DNA of 50,233 bases from an uncultured Rhodospirillaceae bacterium. Lineage in GTDB: Bacteria > Pseudomonadota > Alphaproteobacteria > UBA8366 > GCA-2717185. Position numbers and translations under genes: made by a program. The first letter of the stretch is position 1. The number at the start of each line of letters is the position of its first letter. Location of the stretch: assembly GCA_964386465.1 (NCBI GenBank), contig CAYLTU010000003.1, forward strand, positions 1-50,233, written 5' to 3'. The notes under the pieces were generated by a model. That model ran no database searches. It saw only the letters and a list, made by a program, of their open reading frames with translations, and was not told the origin of the DNA. Below, in pieces: positions 11,919 to 22,603 of the stretch.

Positions 11919-14294
11919 CTAGAACCTGGTGCCAAAATTGAAACGGAAATTCTCTATTTCGTCGAAACTCTCTTTCAGAATCGGCACGGCGAAATCGAGC
12001 CGAACCGGGCCGAAAGGCGACCGCCATGCGACGCCAACACCCGCGGTCCACCGCAGGCTGGCGGTATCCGCGATAACCGGGTCGTCGAAATCGAGCTCCG
12101 TCAGGCTGCCGGCATCCGTAAAGATGGCACCGTTTACGCCAAACTGCTTGGGCAAGCCCAAGGGGAATATCAGCTCAACCGACCCCGAATATACGATGTT
12201 GCCACCCAGCGCGTCGTCGGTGGAAAGGTCGCGCGGGCCGGCACCTCCATTATCGAAACCACGCAGCTTATCGCCCCCCAGGAAAAAACGATCGCTGATC
12301 CGCACATTATCGTCGCCGAGACCAACAATATATCCGACATCGCCGCGGGTGCTGACGACCCAATCCTGCGCGATACCATAGTAGAACGCCCCCGACAGGC
12401 GGGATTTGAAATAGGAGACATCGCCGCCCAAACCCGCCACATCGGTGGACAGTCGCGCAACGTAACCGTCCGTTGGCTCTATCTTGGAATTGCGCCGATC
12501 GTAACTTAATTCCTGACCGATGACGGAGACGGAGTCGACGCCTTCTTCGCTCAGGATAAATTTGGACGCGTTGACATCGACATCCGTGACTTCGTCACGG
12601 CGATAGGTATATCGGACACTTTGCCGCAGATTTTCGGCGAGTACGTAGCCGAGACGAAGCCTGCCGCCCGTCGAGATGGATTCGAACTCGCTGACGTTTG
12701 ACGAGGCGGTGTGAAAGCCGTCAACGCCAAATGAAAGTTCCTTATCCAGAAAATAGGGTTCGGTAAAGCCAACGTCGAAGTTCTGATTTTCCGCCGCGAT
12801 CGTGATCGAGGCTCGCAGATCCTGTCCTTTGCCCAATAGATTCCTTTCGCTAATACGCAAATCGACCAAGGGGCCGCTCTGCGACGAGAAACCCGCGCCG
12901 ACGCTCAATTCCCCTGTCGACTGCTCGGCAACGTCTACTTTGATCACCGTTTTGTCGGCTTCGCTGCCAGGGACGTTATTGACGTCGACACGCGAGAAAT
13001 AGCCCAGATTTTGGATACGTGTTCGCGATCGCCGCAGTTTCGTCGAGTTGAAGGCATCCCCTTCAACGACCTGGAACTCACGACGGATGACCTTGTCCAG
13101 CGTGCGCACATTGCCGCCGATATCGATCCGTTCGATAAAGACCCGTGGCCCTTCCTGGACCACGAACTCGATATCGATGGTCCGTTTCTTCCGGTCCCGT
13201 TTTACATTCGGCAAGACTGCGACGAACGCGAACCCGAGATCGCCAACGGCATTGGAAAGCGCGACGACAGTGTCGTCTACGGCTTCGGAATCGTACCAAT
13301 CGCCCTTTTCGATTTCGACGGCCGGCTGAATCGCCGCAGGCTTTACATCCTTGATCTTAGATTTGATCGTCAAGGCATTGAATGTATAACGCTTTCCTTC
13401 CTCGATCGTGAAGGTGATGAAAAAGTCCTTACGGTCCGGAGACAGCTCGGCAACCGTAGAAACGACCCTGAAGTCGGCGAACCCATTACGCAAATAGTGC
13501 CGGCGCAGCAGTTCGCGATCGAAGGTCAACCGGTCGGGATCGTAGGTATCTTCCGAGCTTAGAAACCGGTACCACCGGGTTTCCACGGTCTGGATGATCT
13601 CACGGAGTGCTCTGTCGGAAAACTCCCTGTTGCCGATAAAACTGATCCGGCGAATACCGGTCGACTGCCCCTCTTCGATTTCAAACACCAGATCGACCCG
13701 GTTCTGCGGCAGCTGAACGACTTTCGGCTCAACCGTTGCCGCGAACCGCCCTGTTCGTCTGTAAAGATCCAGAATCCGCTTCACATCATTCTGAACCCGC
13801 GTACGGGTGTAGACGATGCGGGGTCTAAGCTGAACTTCGTTGCGGAGGGTTTCTTCTTCCAGCTCCTTGTCGCCCTCGAAGGCAATTCGGTTGATGATCG
13901 GATTCTCGACGACGCGAACGAAAAGTACGTCGCCTTCGCGGCGCAAAGTGACGTCGGCAAAAAGTCCAGTCGAATACAAGCCTTTGAGCGACTCGTTAAC
14001 CCGTTCGGGATCGAGCGGATCGCCTTCCTTGATGAGCATGTAGGACCGGACTGTCTCCGGTTCGATCCGCTGCGTCCCCTCTACCACGATTTCCGCAACG
14101 ACTGGAGATCCAGGGCGAGCCGGCGCGGATCGTCGCGGTATTGGCAGCGTGGGGCCACCGCGGGGCGATGGCGGGACGATCGTCGGACCCGATTGCGCAT
14201 GCGCGGGGACCCAAAGCAGAAGGGCGCCCAAAAGCAGCGCCCAAGCAGCTGATATCCGCACGACAATCGTCAAAAAAGCCCCCCCACAACCCAC
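11919..14294 (-). CDS. bamA: Outer membrane protein assembly factor BamA
   Basis: POTRA repeats (VEGTQRIE, GNVRTLDKVIRRE), LRGF loop-6 motif, C-terminal FNFGTRF; start uncertain. Confidence 0.96.
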   Translation of the reverse strand: MGCGGAFLTIVVRISAAWALLLGALLLWVPAHAQSGPTIVPPSPRGGPTLPIPRRSAPARPGSPVVAEIVVEGTQRIEPETVRSYMLIKEGDPLDPERVNESLKGLYSTGLFADVTLRREGDVLFVRVVENPIINRIAFEGDKELEEETLRNEVQLRPRIVYTRTRVQNDVKRILDLYRRTGRFAATVEPKVVQLPQNRVDLVFEIEEGQSTGIRRISFIGNREFSDRALREIIQTVETRWYRFLSSEDTYDPDRLTFDRELLRRHYLRNGFADFRVVSTVAELSPDRKDFFITFTIEEGKRYTFNALTIKSKIKDVKPAAIQPAVEIEKGDWYDSEAVDDTVVALSNAVGDLGFAFVAVLPNVKRDRKKRTIDIEFVVQEGPRVFIERIDIGGNVRTLDKVIRREFQVVEGDAFNSTKLRRSRTRIQNLGYFSRVDVNNVPGSEADKTVIKVDVAEQSTGELSVGAGFSSQSGPLVDLRISERNLLGKGQDLRASITIAAENQNFDVGFTEPYFLDKELSFGVDGFHTASSNVSEFESISTGGRLRLGYVLAENLRQSVRYTYRRDEVTDVDVNASKFILSEEGVDSVSVIGQELSYDRRNSKIEPTDGYVARLSTDVAGLGGDVSYFKSRLSGAFYYGIAQDWVVSTRGDVGYIVGLGDDNVRISDRFFLGGDKLRGFDNGGAGPRDLSTDDALGGNIVYSGSVELIFPLGLPKQFGVNGAIFTDAGSLTELDFDDPVIADTASLRWTAGVGVAWRSPFGPVRLDFAVPILKESFDEIENFRFNFGTRF

Positions 14295-14323
14295 TTTTTC
14301 AAGAAATTAACGAGACGAGATCG

Positions 14324-15709
14324 CTAATAGCAAATATTCAAAATGTCATTGGCAAATACAAATACCATGAGACTCAATACCAGGACCAGCCCAATTCTAA
14401 AGCTATATTCTTGGGTTTTCTCGCCAAGCGGACGGCCACGTACGCCTTCGAAAGCAAAAAACAGCAGATGACCGCCATCGAGAACGGGGATCGGAAACAG
14501 GTTAATTAGTCCAAGATTGATCGACAAAAGCGCCATAAACGAGATTGTTTCCACAAAACCGATGTTCCAAACCGCATTGGACATCTGCGCGATCTTGATC
14601 GGCCCTCCCAATTCGTCCGACGATCGGGCGCCGATGATCATTTCCGATACGGCCTGCAACGTACCGACTGTAATCACCCAGGTTTCCTCGATGGACTGCC
14701 AGGCCGCGCTCAACGGATCCAGCTTCCGAACGGCCCGGAACCCACTTTTTACGGACCTCACACCCAACGAACCGTATTTTACAACCTCGCAGTTATGGTC
14801 TTTTCCCTCCCGCAGCGCGGGCGTTACGCTAAGCGATATCCTTTTACCAGCCCGGTCTAAAACGACATCGATTGGCGTTTCAGCGTTCGCGCTGACGATT
14901 TTCTGGACGTCGCTAAAATCGCGCGTGGCAGTCCCATCGATCTGAATGATCCGGTCATTCGCCAACATTCCGGCTTTTTCGGCAGCCCCCCCTTTGACAA
15001 TCTCGCCAATTTTGGCGGGCGCGGTGCGCGACACGCCGAGCAAACCGATGCGCACCAGGTTCCCGATGGAATCCGTCGTCTCGTAGAGCTTCGGCGTCAC
15101 CGTCAGTTTAAGCTCGTCGCCGTCCCGCAAAACGGAAATATCCATCGTCTTTTCAGGATTCATCCTGACGATCTGCTGAACTTCCTCGAAGCGTTCGATT
15201 TCCGTCGTCCCCAATCGAACGATCAGGTCTCCAGGCAATAGGCCCGCTTCTTCGGCGGCACTACCCTCGATAACCTTATTGAACGTAGCCGGTGTAAACG
15301 GTTGGCCCTTAAAGACGAACAAGCACCCAAGTACCAAGATCGCAAATATGAAATTAGCGGCTGGCCCGCCAAAGACTATCGCCGCACGCTGGCCAAGCGA
15401 TTTGTATTTGAATGAAACCTGCCGTTCCGCTGGCGTCAAGGGGCGCGGCATTTCTCCTTCGCCGCTCATTTCGCCTTCGCCGAACATCTTGACGTAGCCG
15501 CCCAGCGGTACTGCGCTGATTTTCCAGCGGGTATCCGCCTTGTCGGTCCAGCCAACGATCTCCGGCCCGAAACCGATCGAGAAGACTTCGACGCGCACGC
15601 CGCAGCGGCGGGCGATCCAGTAGTGCCCAAGCTCATGGACAAATACCAGGACGGTGAGGACAACCAAAAACTGAACTACGGGATACCAGTAGTCTAAAAA
15701 TAATTCCAC
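14324..15709 (-). CDS. rseP: Site-2 intramembrane zinc metalloprotease RseP with two PDZ-like domains
   Basis: HELGH, FSIGFGP, PLGGYVKM, GPAANF, NLFPIPVLDGGH. Confidence 0.95.
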   Translation of the reverse strand: MELFLDYWYPVVQFLVVLTVLVFVHELGHYWIARRCGVRVEVFSIGFGPEIVGWTDKADTRWKISAVPLGGYVKMFGEGEMSGEGEMPRPLTPAERQVSFKYKSLGQRAAIVFGGPAANFIFAILVLGCLFVFKGQPFTPATFNKVIEGSAAEEAGLLPGDLIVRLGTTEIERFEEVQQIVRMNPEKTMDISVLRDGDELKLTVTPKLYETTDSIGNLVRIGLLGVSRTAPAKIGEIVKGGAAEKAGMLANDRIIQIDGTATRDFSDVQKIVSANAETPIDVVLDRAGKRISLSVTPALREGKDHNCEVVKYGSLGVRSVKSGFRAVRKLDPLSAAWQSIEETWVITVGTLQAVSEMIIGARSSDELGGPIKIAQMSNAVWNIGFVETISFMALLSINLGLINLFPIPVLDGGHLLFFAFEGVRGRPLGEKTQEYSFRIGLVLVLSLMVFVFANDILNICY

Positions 15710-15724
15710 GCTTGTACCCGTCAG

Positions 15725-16918
15725 TTACTTCGATGTCCGCGCGGCGAGATGGTCGGCAGCGATCCGGCGCGCTTCGGTGTCATAGGTCCGCACATCGTCG
15801 AGAGAATTCATCGCACCGTGTGAAAATTGCATTAACACGTCCTCCACGATCGCCGCGATATCAAGGAAGCCGATCCGGCCGGCAAGGAACCCCTCAACCG
15901 CGATCTCGTTTGCCGCGTTCAGAACAGTTGGGGCGCTGCCGCCATTCTTCAAGACCTCGCGCGCCAGGCGAAGCGCGGGAAACCGTTCCGTGTCAGGCGC
16001 TTCGAAGGTGAGTTTGGCCATCGCCGCCAGATCGAGCCGGTCCTGCGGCGCCTTCATGCGGGCCGGCCAGGCTAACGCATAGGCTATCGGCGTACGCATG
16101 TCCGGCGTCCCCAACTGCGCCAATACCGACCCATCGACATAAGCGACCATGCTGTGGATGACCGACTGCGGATGTACCAGCACATCGATGCGCTCTTCGG
16201 GGATGTCGAACAAATGGTGCGCCTCGATGACTTCCAGCCCCTTGTTCATCATCGTCGCGGAGTCGACCGAAATCTTCGCGCCCATGTCCCAATTCGGGTG
16301 CGCCACCGCTTGCGCCGGGGTCACCGTGCGCATCGCCTCCCTGTCCAAAGATCGGAATGGTCCGCCCGACGCGGTCAGGATGAGCTTGTCGACCGCCTCT
16401 CGCCGGTCGAAGTCGAAGACCTGAAAGATCGCGTTGTGTTCCGAGTCGACCGGCAGGAGAACCGCGCTATTGCGGCGGATTTCGTCGACCATCAGCGAAC
16501 CGGCGCAGACGAGACACTCCTTGTTCGCCAACCCAACCATCGCGCCCCGGTTTACCGCCGCCAATGTCGGCGCCAATCCGGCGGCGCCGACAATAGCAGC
16601 CATGACGAAGTCGGCGGGCCGCCGCGCCGCACCGACGATCGCCTCGGAGCCGGCGGCCACTTCTATACCGTCGCCCGAGAGTCCAGCCTTCAACGCGTGA
16701 TACTGCTCTTCGTCGCCGATGGCGACGTAGCGCGGTTTCAATTTTTTCGCCTGTTCGATGAGCAGTTCTACATTGCGCCGCGCCGTCAGTGCCTCGACGA
16801 CATAGCCTTCCGGGTTCCGCTCGATGAGATCGATCGTGCTGCAGCCTATGGAACCCGTCGAACCCAGGATCGTGACCGATCGCGGCGCCGATGTGGCGTC
16901 TTGCACCATTACTGCCAT
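15725..16918 (-). CDS. dxr: 1-deoxy-D-xylulose 5-phosphate reductoisomerase
   Basis: LGSTGSIG, LANKE, LPVDSEH, TASGGPF, HPNWDMGAKISVDSATMMNKGLE; start set at ATG 16918. Confidence 0.96.
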   Translation of the reverse strand: MAVMVQDATSAPRSVTILGSTGSIGCSTIDLIERNPEGYVVEALTARRNVELLIEQAKKLKPRYVAIGDEEQYHALKAGLSGDGIEVAAGSEAIVGAARRPADFVMAAIVGAAGLAPTLAAVNRGAMVGLANKECLVCAGSLMVDEIRRNSAVLLPVDSEHNAIFQVFDFDRREAVDKLILTASGGPFRSLDREAMRTVTPAQAVAHPNWDMGAKISVDSATMMNKGLEVIEAHHLFDIPEERIDVLVHPQSVIHSMVAYVDGSVLAQLGTPDMRTPIAYALAWPARMKAPQDRLDLAAMAKLTFEAPDTERFPALRLAREVLKNGGSAPTVLNAANEIAVEGFLAGRIGFLDIAAIVEDVLMQFSHGAMNSLDDVRTYDTEARRIAADHLAARTSK

Positions 16919-17745
16919 TCGAGCGGACTCCCACCTGCGATCCACGTCATAAGAGCCGTCACCGGCGCTACCGTCAAGAACCCATCCAGTCTATCAAGAA
17001 CCCCACCATGGCCGGGAATGAAATTGCCCGAATCCTTGACGCCGACATGCCTTTTTACCGCCGATTCAATCAGATCGCCGGCCTGCGCCACGACCGCGAG
17101 CGTTCCGCTTGCCAGCACGACCCAGAGATAGCCGCCGCCGCCGGTCGCCGCGAGTATGAGTGCGCCCGCCAGCGCGGCGCAGACGGCGCCGCCGGCCAGA
17201 CCGGACCAGGTTTTGGCGGGACTCACTCGCGGCGCCAGCTTCGGACCACCGATTCCGCGGCCCGCGAAATAAGCGCCGATATCGGTTGCGACAACCACCG
17301 CCACCATCCAGCAGAATGGCACCAATCCGGCTTCCTCGGCGACGCGCAGCCAAACGATCGAAAGCAGCGCCAACGAAACATAGGCGACACCGGCAGCGAG
17401 GAGGATCGGCGCTTCCACGGCACGGATTCGGGACGCCGCAACGGCAATGATGGTCCCCGCGATGGCGCAGGCCAGGCCCTCGCGCGGCAACCCCGCAAAC
17501 GACAGCCCCGCCACCAGCAGCAATACCGCAATGACAATCGATCTAAGCACGAGCCCCGTCCCGCAAAGTCGGGACAACTCCCACCCCATTGCAGCCGCGA
17601 TCAAAAGGACCATGCCCCAGAAATACCACCCCCCGGACCAAATCGCGGCAATCGCCAGCGGCAGAATGACCGCCGCCGACATGACCCGCAATGTTAGCTC
17701 GGAGAATTCAGGCCGGGCCAACGGCTGCGCCATAGCGTCGCTCAC
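16909..17745 (-). CDS. cdsA: Phosphatidate cytidylyltransferase
   Basis: SPAKTWSG, GDLIESAVKR..GVKDSG..IPGHGGVLDRLD; hydrophobic. Confidence 0.95.
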   Translation of the reverse strand: MSDAMAQPLARPEFSELTLRVMSAAVILPLAIAAIWSGGWYFWGMVLLIAAAMGWELSRLCGTGLVLRSIVIAVLLLVAGLSFAGLPREGLACAIAGTIIAVAASRIRAVEAPILLAAGVAYVSLALLSIVWLRVAEEAGLVPFCWMVAVVVATDIGAYFAGRGIGGPKLAPRVSPAKTWSGLAGGAVCAALAGALILAATGGGGYLWVVLASGTLAVVAQAGDLIESAVKRHVGVKDSGNFIPGHGGVLDRLDGFLTVAPVTALMTWIAGGSPLEWQ

Positions 17746-18448
17746 GACGATTGAACTCGCAAATCGCGCGACGAAGATCTTCTTTCGAAAAATCAGGCCA
17801 GAGCGTTTCGAGAAACACGAACTCGGTATAGGCGACCTGCCAAAGCAGGAAATTGCTGATGCGCTGCTCGCCGCTTGTCCGGATCAACAGGTCCGGGTCG
17901 GGGATTTCGGCCGTCAGCAGGTAACGGCGGAACATTGATTCATCGATATCCGCGGGGTCGAGACGCTTATCGGCAGCATCCTGGGCGATAGCCTGGACCG
18001 CGGCTTCGATTTCCTGTCGTCCGCCATAGCTCAACGCGAGAACGAGGGTAAGTCCCGTGTTCGCTGCCGTCGTCCGCTCCGCCTCTTCGATAAGACCGAT
18101 GATATCAGGCTCGAATCGGCGGCGGTCGCCAATCATCAGCAGCCTAACATTCTTGCCGTGCAGTTCGGCGATTTCCGAACGGAGATAGAGCCGCAGCAGG
18201 CCCATCAGATCGCCGATCTCCTGCTTGGGCCGATTCCAGTTCTCGGATGAAAATCCAAACAGCGTCAGATATGAGACGCCGTACTCGCCCGCCGCCTCGA
18301 CGGTGCGCCGAACCGCTTCGGCGCCGCTTTTATGGCCCATGGCCCGCGGCAGCCCACGTGATTCCGCCCACCTGCCGTTGCCATCCATGATGATGGCAAC
18401 ATGCATCGGCGGGGTCATATCATCGGTATTCTCGATCGCCGACTGCAT
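17708..18448 (-). CDS. uppS: Undecaprenyl diphosphate synthase
   Basis: HVAIIMDGNGRWA, FSSENWNR, IRTSGEQRISNFLLWQ. Confidence 0.96.
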   Translation of the reverse strand: MQSAIENTDDMTPPMHVAIIMDGNGRWAESRGLPRAMGHKSGAEAVRRTVEAAGEYGVSYLTLFGFSSENWNRPKQEIGDLMGLLRLYLRSEIAELHGKNVRLLMIGDRRRFEPDIIGLIEEAERTTAANTGLTLVLALSYGGRQEIEAAVQAIAQDAADKRLDPADIDESMFRRYLLTAEIPDPDLLIRTSGEQRISNFLLWQVAYTEFVFLETLWPDFSKEDLRRAICEFNRRERRYGAAVGPA

Positions 18449-18451
18449 ACG

Positions 18452-19009
18452 TCAGACCTGCATGATTTCCTGTTCTTTTGCGTCAAGTGCGGCGTCGATT
18501 TCCTTGACATGCGCGTCGGTCAAATCTTGGATTTCATCGCCATACAGATGTTGATCGTCCTGCGACAGATCCCCCGCCTTCTCCATTTTCTTGAGCCGGT
18601 CCATGCCGTCGCGCCGGACATTGCGTACCGCGACACGCGCCTGCTCGGCATATTGACCCGCGACCTTCGTCAATTCAACGCGCCGCTCCTCGCTGAGGTC
18701 GGGAATGGGTATCCGGATCAGGTTTCCCTCCGTTTGCGGGTTCAGACCAAGGCTCGACTCCAGGATCGATCTTTCGACGGCTTTCACCAGGCTCTGGTCC
18801 CAAACCTGTACCGTAAGAAGCCGCGGTTCGGGAACGCTAATCGTTCCAACCTGATTCATCGGCATTTGCGAATCGTAGGCATCCACGTTCAAGGGCTCAA
18901 GCAAGGCTGTCGAGGCGCGCCCGGTCCGCAGTCCGGCGAATTCCCGATTAAGGGCGTCCAAGGCCCCATCCATCCGGCGTTCGATATCCGATATGTCCGC
19001 TTCCGCCAT
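18452..19009 (-). CDS. frr: Ribosome recycling factor
   Basis: [26 protein letters not shown]. Confidence 0.97.
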   Translation of the reverse strand: MAEADISDIERRMDGALDALNREFAGLRTGRASTALLEPLNVDAYDSQMPMNQVGTISVPEPRLLTVQVWDQSLVKAVERSILESSLGLNPQTEGNLIRIPIPDLSEERRVELTKVAGQYAEQARVAVRNVRRDGMDRLKKMEKAGDLSQDDQHLYGDEIQDLTDAHVKEIDAALDAKEQEIMQV

Positions 19010-19042
19010 CGTTCCGATCCTCCGCTAAGTTTCGCCTGCCTG

Positions 19043-19756
19043 CTATGAAATTATCGTGTACTTCCCTCCACCCTTCACAACATCAATGAAGGCACCGGCA
19101 TTGTGTATCGAAAAGACAAGAATCGGAATGTTGTTTTCGCGTGCGAGTGAAACCGCCGCCGCATCCATGACTTTGAGGTCCTTCGACAGAACGTCGAGAT
19201 AACCGAGCCGGTCGAACCGTTCCGCGTCGGGATTGGTCTCCGGGTCAGCACTGTACACGCCGTCGACCTTTGTCGCCTTCAACAGCGCGTCGCAGTCCAT
19301 TTCGGAGGCACGCAGGGCGGCTGCGGTATCGGTCGTAAAGAACGGATTGCCGGTACCCGCAGCAAAAATCACGATACGGCCCTTTTCCATATGCCTGACG
19401 GCGCGCCGCCGGATGTAGGGCTCCGATACGGATTGCATCGGGATCGCCGACAGAACACGGGTTTGCGCGCCGATCCCTTCCAGCGCGCTCTGCATCGCCA
19501 ACGCATTCATGACGGTGGCGAGCATGCCCATATAGTCAGCGCTGGCCCGGTCCATCCCTGACGAAGCGCCCGAAACACCGCGGAAAATATTTCCGCCACC
19601 GACAACGATGCAGACTTCCACACCGAGTTCGGAGACGGTTTTGACTTCGCTGGCGATCCGATCGACGGTCCCGGAGTCGAGACCGAACTCCTGTTCGCCC
19701 ATCAGCGCTTCGCCGGAAAGTTTCAAGAGGACGCGACGGTATTTCGGCTTGGCCAT
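19043..19756 (-). CDS. pyrH: UMP kinase
   Basis: [29 protein letters not shown]. Confidence 0.97.
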   Translation of the reverse strand: MAKPKYRRVLLKLSGEALMGEQEFGLDSGTVDRIASEVKTVSELGVEVCIVVGGGNIFRGVSGASSGMDRASADYMGMLATVMNALAMQSALEGIGAQTRVLSAIPMQSVSEPYIRRRAVRHMEKGRIVIFAAGTGNPFFTTDTAAALRASEMDCDALLKATKVDGVYSADPETNPDAERFDRLGYLDVLSKDLKVMDAAAVSLARENNIPILVFSIHNAGAFIDVVKGGGKYTIIS

Positions 19757-19802
19757 TTCCGGGATATGTCCTTTCCGGCTTGTCTGTGCCTGTCTCCGGC
19801 CG

Positions 19803-20729
19803 TTAGCCCGCTAGCGTTGCGGCGACTTCGTCCGCGAGGTTCTCTTCGGCTTTCTCGATGCCTTCGCCCAACGCGAAGCGAACGAAGCCCTTCAGCTCAA
19901 CGGGACCGCCGGTGTCCTTGGCTGCATTTTCGAGAACTTTGGAGACCTTGGTTTCGTTGTCGATGACGAAGACCTGTTCGAGCAGCGCAACCTCCTCGTA
20001 ATATTTGCGGAGGCGGCCTTCAACCATCTTTTCGATGATCTCTTCCGGCCGGCCGCTTTCTCGCGCTTGCGCGCTCAGGACTTCGCGTTCACGTGTCAGG
20101 CTGTCTTCGTCAATATCGGCGACCGAGACGAACAGCGGCCGAGCCGCCGCGATATGCATCGCCAGTTGTTTGCCAAGCCCTTCGAGCGCACCGGCGTCAC
20201 CGGCGGATTCGAGAGCGACGATTACGCCAATCTTGCCTATACCAGTGCCCAACGCGCTGTGCACGTAGGGCACGACAACACCACTCTCGACCGAAAGCGC
20301 GGCACAGCGACGCAGCGCCATATTCTCACCGATTGTCGCGATCTGATGGGTGAGCTCGTCCGCAACGTTCCGATCCGACACCGGATAGTCAGCCGCGGAC
20401 AACGCGTCGATCGATCCGCCGCTGGTCAGCGCGAGTTCGGTAACGTTTCTGACGAAAGCCTGAAAATCGCCATTGCGCGCGACGAAGTCGGTTTCCGCAT
20501 TGACCTCGACGACAGCGCCCGCTTTACCGTCGACGACGACGCCGACCAAGCCTTCGGCGGCGACACGCCCGGCTTTCTTGGCCGCCATCGACAAGCCCTT
20601 CTTGCGCAGCCAATCGACGGCTTCCTCGATATCGCCATCGGTTTGCGTAAGCGCTTTCTTGCAATCCATCATTCCAGCGCCGGTTTTGTCGCGCAGCGAC
20701 TTTACGAGCGCGGCAGTGATATTCGCCAT
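19803..20729 (-). CDS. tsf: Elongation factor Ts
   Basis: [30 protein letters not shown]. Confidence 0.97.
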   Translation of the reverse strand: MANITAALVKSLRDKTGAGMMDCKKALTQTDGDIEEAVDWLRKKGLSMAAKKAGRVAAEGLVGVVVDGKAGAVVEVNAETDFVARNGDFQAFVRNVTELALTSGGSIDALSAADYPVSDRNVADELTHQIATIGENMALRRCAALSVESGVVVPYVHSALGTGIGKIGVIVALESAGDAGALEGLGKQLAMHIAAARPLFVSVADIDEDSLTREREVLSAQARESGRPEEIIEKMVEGRLRKYYEEVALLEQVFVIDNETKVSKVLENAAKDTGGPVELKGFVRFALGEGIEKAEENLADEVAATLAG

Positions 20730-20806
20730 TTCCTAAACCTCTATCTTAGATATACGTGTTCAACCTATTAAAACAACGCGCATATCATGCAATTTATTCT
20801 CTGTTA

Positions 20807-21781
20807 CTAGGCGTTTTCGGCGGGAACCTCGGGGGCTGCTTCCGCTGCGGGCACCTCGACCGGAGGCTTTTCAGCGGGCGCCTCGGGGGTGGCCTCCTCT
20901 GCCGGCGGCGCCTCGGGTGCGGCTTCCGCCGCAGGCGTCTCAGATGCGGCATCGGCCGCAGGCGTCTCGCTTGCAGGCTCCGCCACGGGCGCCTCGGGTG
21001 CGGCTTCCGCCGCTTCGACAGGCGCGACCTCTTCAGGCAACGGCTCGGACGGTACGGTTTCGCCTTCACCGATATCAACGCCGGTGGACATCATTTCCGC
21101 CTGCAACCCATCAAGCACGCAATCGGCGACGAGATCGCAATACAACGTGATCGCGCGCATCGCATCATCGTTGCCCGGCACCGGGTGGGTGATACCGCGG
21201 GGATCGGAATTGCTGTCCAGGATCGCTACGACCGGAATACCGAGCTTCTTCGCTTCGGCGACCGCGATCGCTTCCTTGTTGGTATCGACGACGAACAGAA
21301 TGTCCGGAAGGCTGCCCATTTCCTTGATGCCGCCCAGCGCGCGCTCGAGCCTGTCGCGCTCCGCCGTCAAGCGAAGCAGCTCCTTCTTGGTCAGCCCGAT
21401 ATCCTCTTCGGCGAGCTGTTCTTCGATATCGCGCAACCGCTTGATCGAATTCGAAATTGTCCGCCAATTGGTCAGCATCCCGCCGAGCCAGCGGTGATTG
21501 ACGTAGTACTGGCCGCACCGGATCGCCGCCGTGGAAACAATTTCCGTCGCCTGACGCTTCGTGCCGACGAAAAGCACGCGGCCACCGCCTGCGGCAACCT
21601 CGCGGACCGCTTCCAACCCACGCTGCAGCATCGGCACCGTCTGTTCCAGGTCTATAATATGGATGCCGTTCCGTTCGCCGAAAATATAGGGCCGCATCAG
21701 CGGGTTCCATCGGCGCGTGGTATGGCCAAAGTGAATGCCAGCCTCAAGCAGCTGGCGCATCGTGAATGATGGCATCGCCAT
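20807..21781 (-). CDS. rpsB: 30S ribosomal protein S2 with long acidic Ala/Pro/Glu tail
   Basis: [38 protein letters not shown]. Confidence 0.97.
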   Translation of the reverse strand: MAMPSFTMRQLLEAGIHFGHTTRRWNPLMRPYIFGERNGIHIIDLEQTVPMLQRGLEAVREVAAGGGRVLFVGTKRQATEIVSTAAIRCGQYYVNHRWLGGMLTNWRTISNSIKRLRDIEEQLAEEDIGLTKKELLRLTAERDRLERALGGIKEMGSLPDILFVVDTNKEAIAVAEAKKLGIPVVAILDSNSDPRGITHPVPGNDDAMRAITLYCDLVADCVLDGLQAEMMSTGVDIGEGETVPSEPLPEEVAPVEAAEAAPEAPVAEPASETPAADAASETPAAEAAPEAPPAEEATPEAPAEKPPVEVPAAEAAPEVPAENA

Positions 21782-21925
21782 GATCGTATCCTTTACCGGT
21801 TATACCGCCGCGGGCGAAAGCCGGTTACCCGGCACCGGAGCGGCCACTGCCATGATCGACAGCAGGCGCAAACCCGCGTGAGAGATGGCTGCGGTATATA
21901 GCCAATTTTACGGCCTTGCAAGGCC
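21782..21925 (-). promoter_or_regulatory. rpsB promoter and structured 5' leader (candidate S2 autoregulatory region)
   Basis: On the minus strand, TTGCAA then CTATATA in sigma70-like spacing; ~100-nt GC-rich leader ending AACCGGTAAAGGA before the ATG. S2 autoregulation is established in other bacteria and only inferred here. Confidence 0.5.
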
Positions 21926-22127
21926 TTAGCGGCATTATCGGGAACCGGCGGCGGGCCGTATTTCCCGGCCGAACCTCGGTGGCGCTCCAGACCGCGTGCG
22001 TTGCGGTATGCGCCATTTCAGGCGACCCGTCCCGGTCGCCCGCGCCGAAACGTAAAAAGCAGGGCTCGATACTCATCCAGCTGCCCTTCTGCGCAAAAAT
22101 AGACCGCTATTTTCGACGCTGCGGCAA

Positions 22128-22169
22128 TTGATCGACATCAAGTACGGCTCCCCACCTGGGTTCTATAAG
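22128..22169 (+). promoter_or_regulatory. FNR/FixK box with class II promoter geometry
   Basis: TTGAT-CGAC-ATCAA at 22128-22141 is the exact consensus; TATAAG at 22164-22169 is where a -10 falls if the box is centred at -41.5. Confidence 0.78.
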
Positions 22170-22211
22170 CATGCTGGCGGCGAAGCCGCCTATAGAAACA
22201 AGGACACCAGA

Positions 22212-22603
22212 ACGAAATTGACCGATGCCCGCTGGGCGAATACGCCGTTCTGTGCGAACTTTACGAATATCCGAACCAAATGACAGCCAACAACGGTACC
22301 CTTCAAGAAGTTCGAAGAGTCATCTCGACTTTAGAAAAAGTTCTCGCCTGCCGTGCCCGGGCCGCGGAAGATCTTTTGTTTCCCACCCTTGATCCCCATC
22401 TTGGACAGAAGAAGCCTTTTACCGTGATGCGTACCGAACACCGGAAAACCAACGATCTTGTGGAAGCCATGAACCGGGAAGACGACGTCGACGCACTGAA
22501 CGCCCGCACCGCTGGCCTCCTGACGTTAACCACGCCGGGCGACCAATGGGCCGCACGCCGCAAGGTCGTGATTGTTGGCCGGGATTGCATGGTGGCGGCA
22601 TGA
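22212..22603 (+). pseudogene. Decayed hemerythrin/HHE cation-binding domain protein
   Basis: RBS AAGGA, then ACG in place of ATG (K-L-T-D-A), a frameshift near 22230, then LGEYAVL, EDLLFP and MRTEH; the second H-x3-EE-x-LF motif is absent. Confidence 0.68.
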
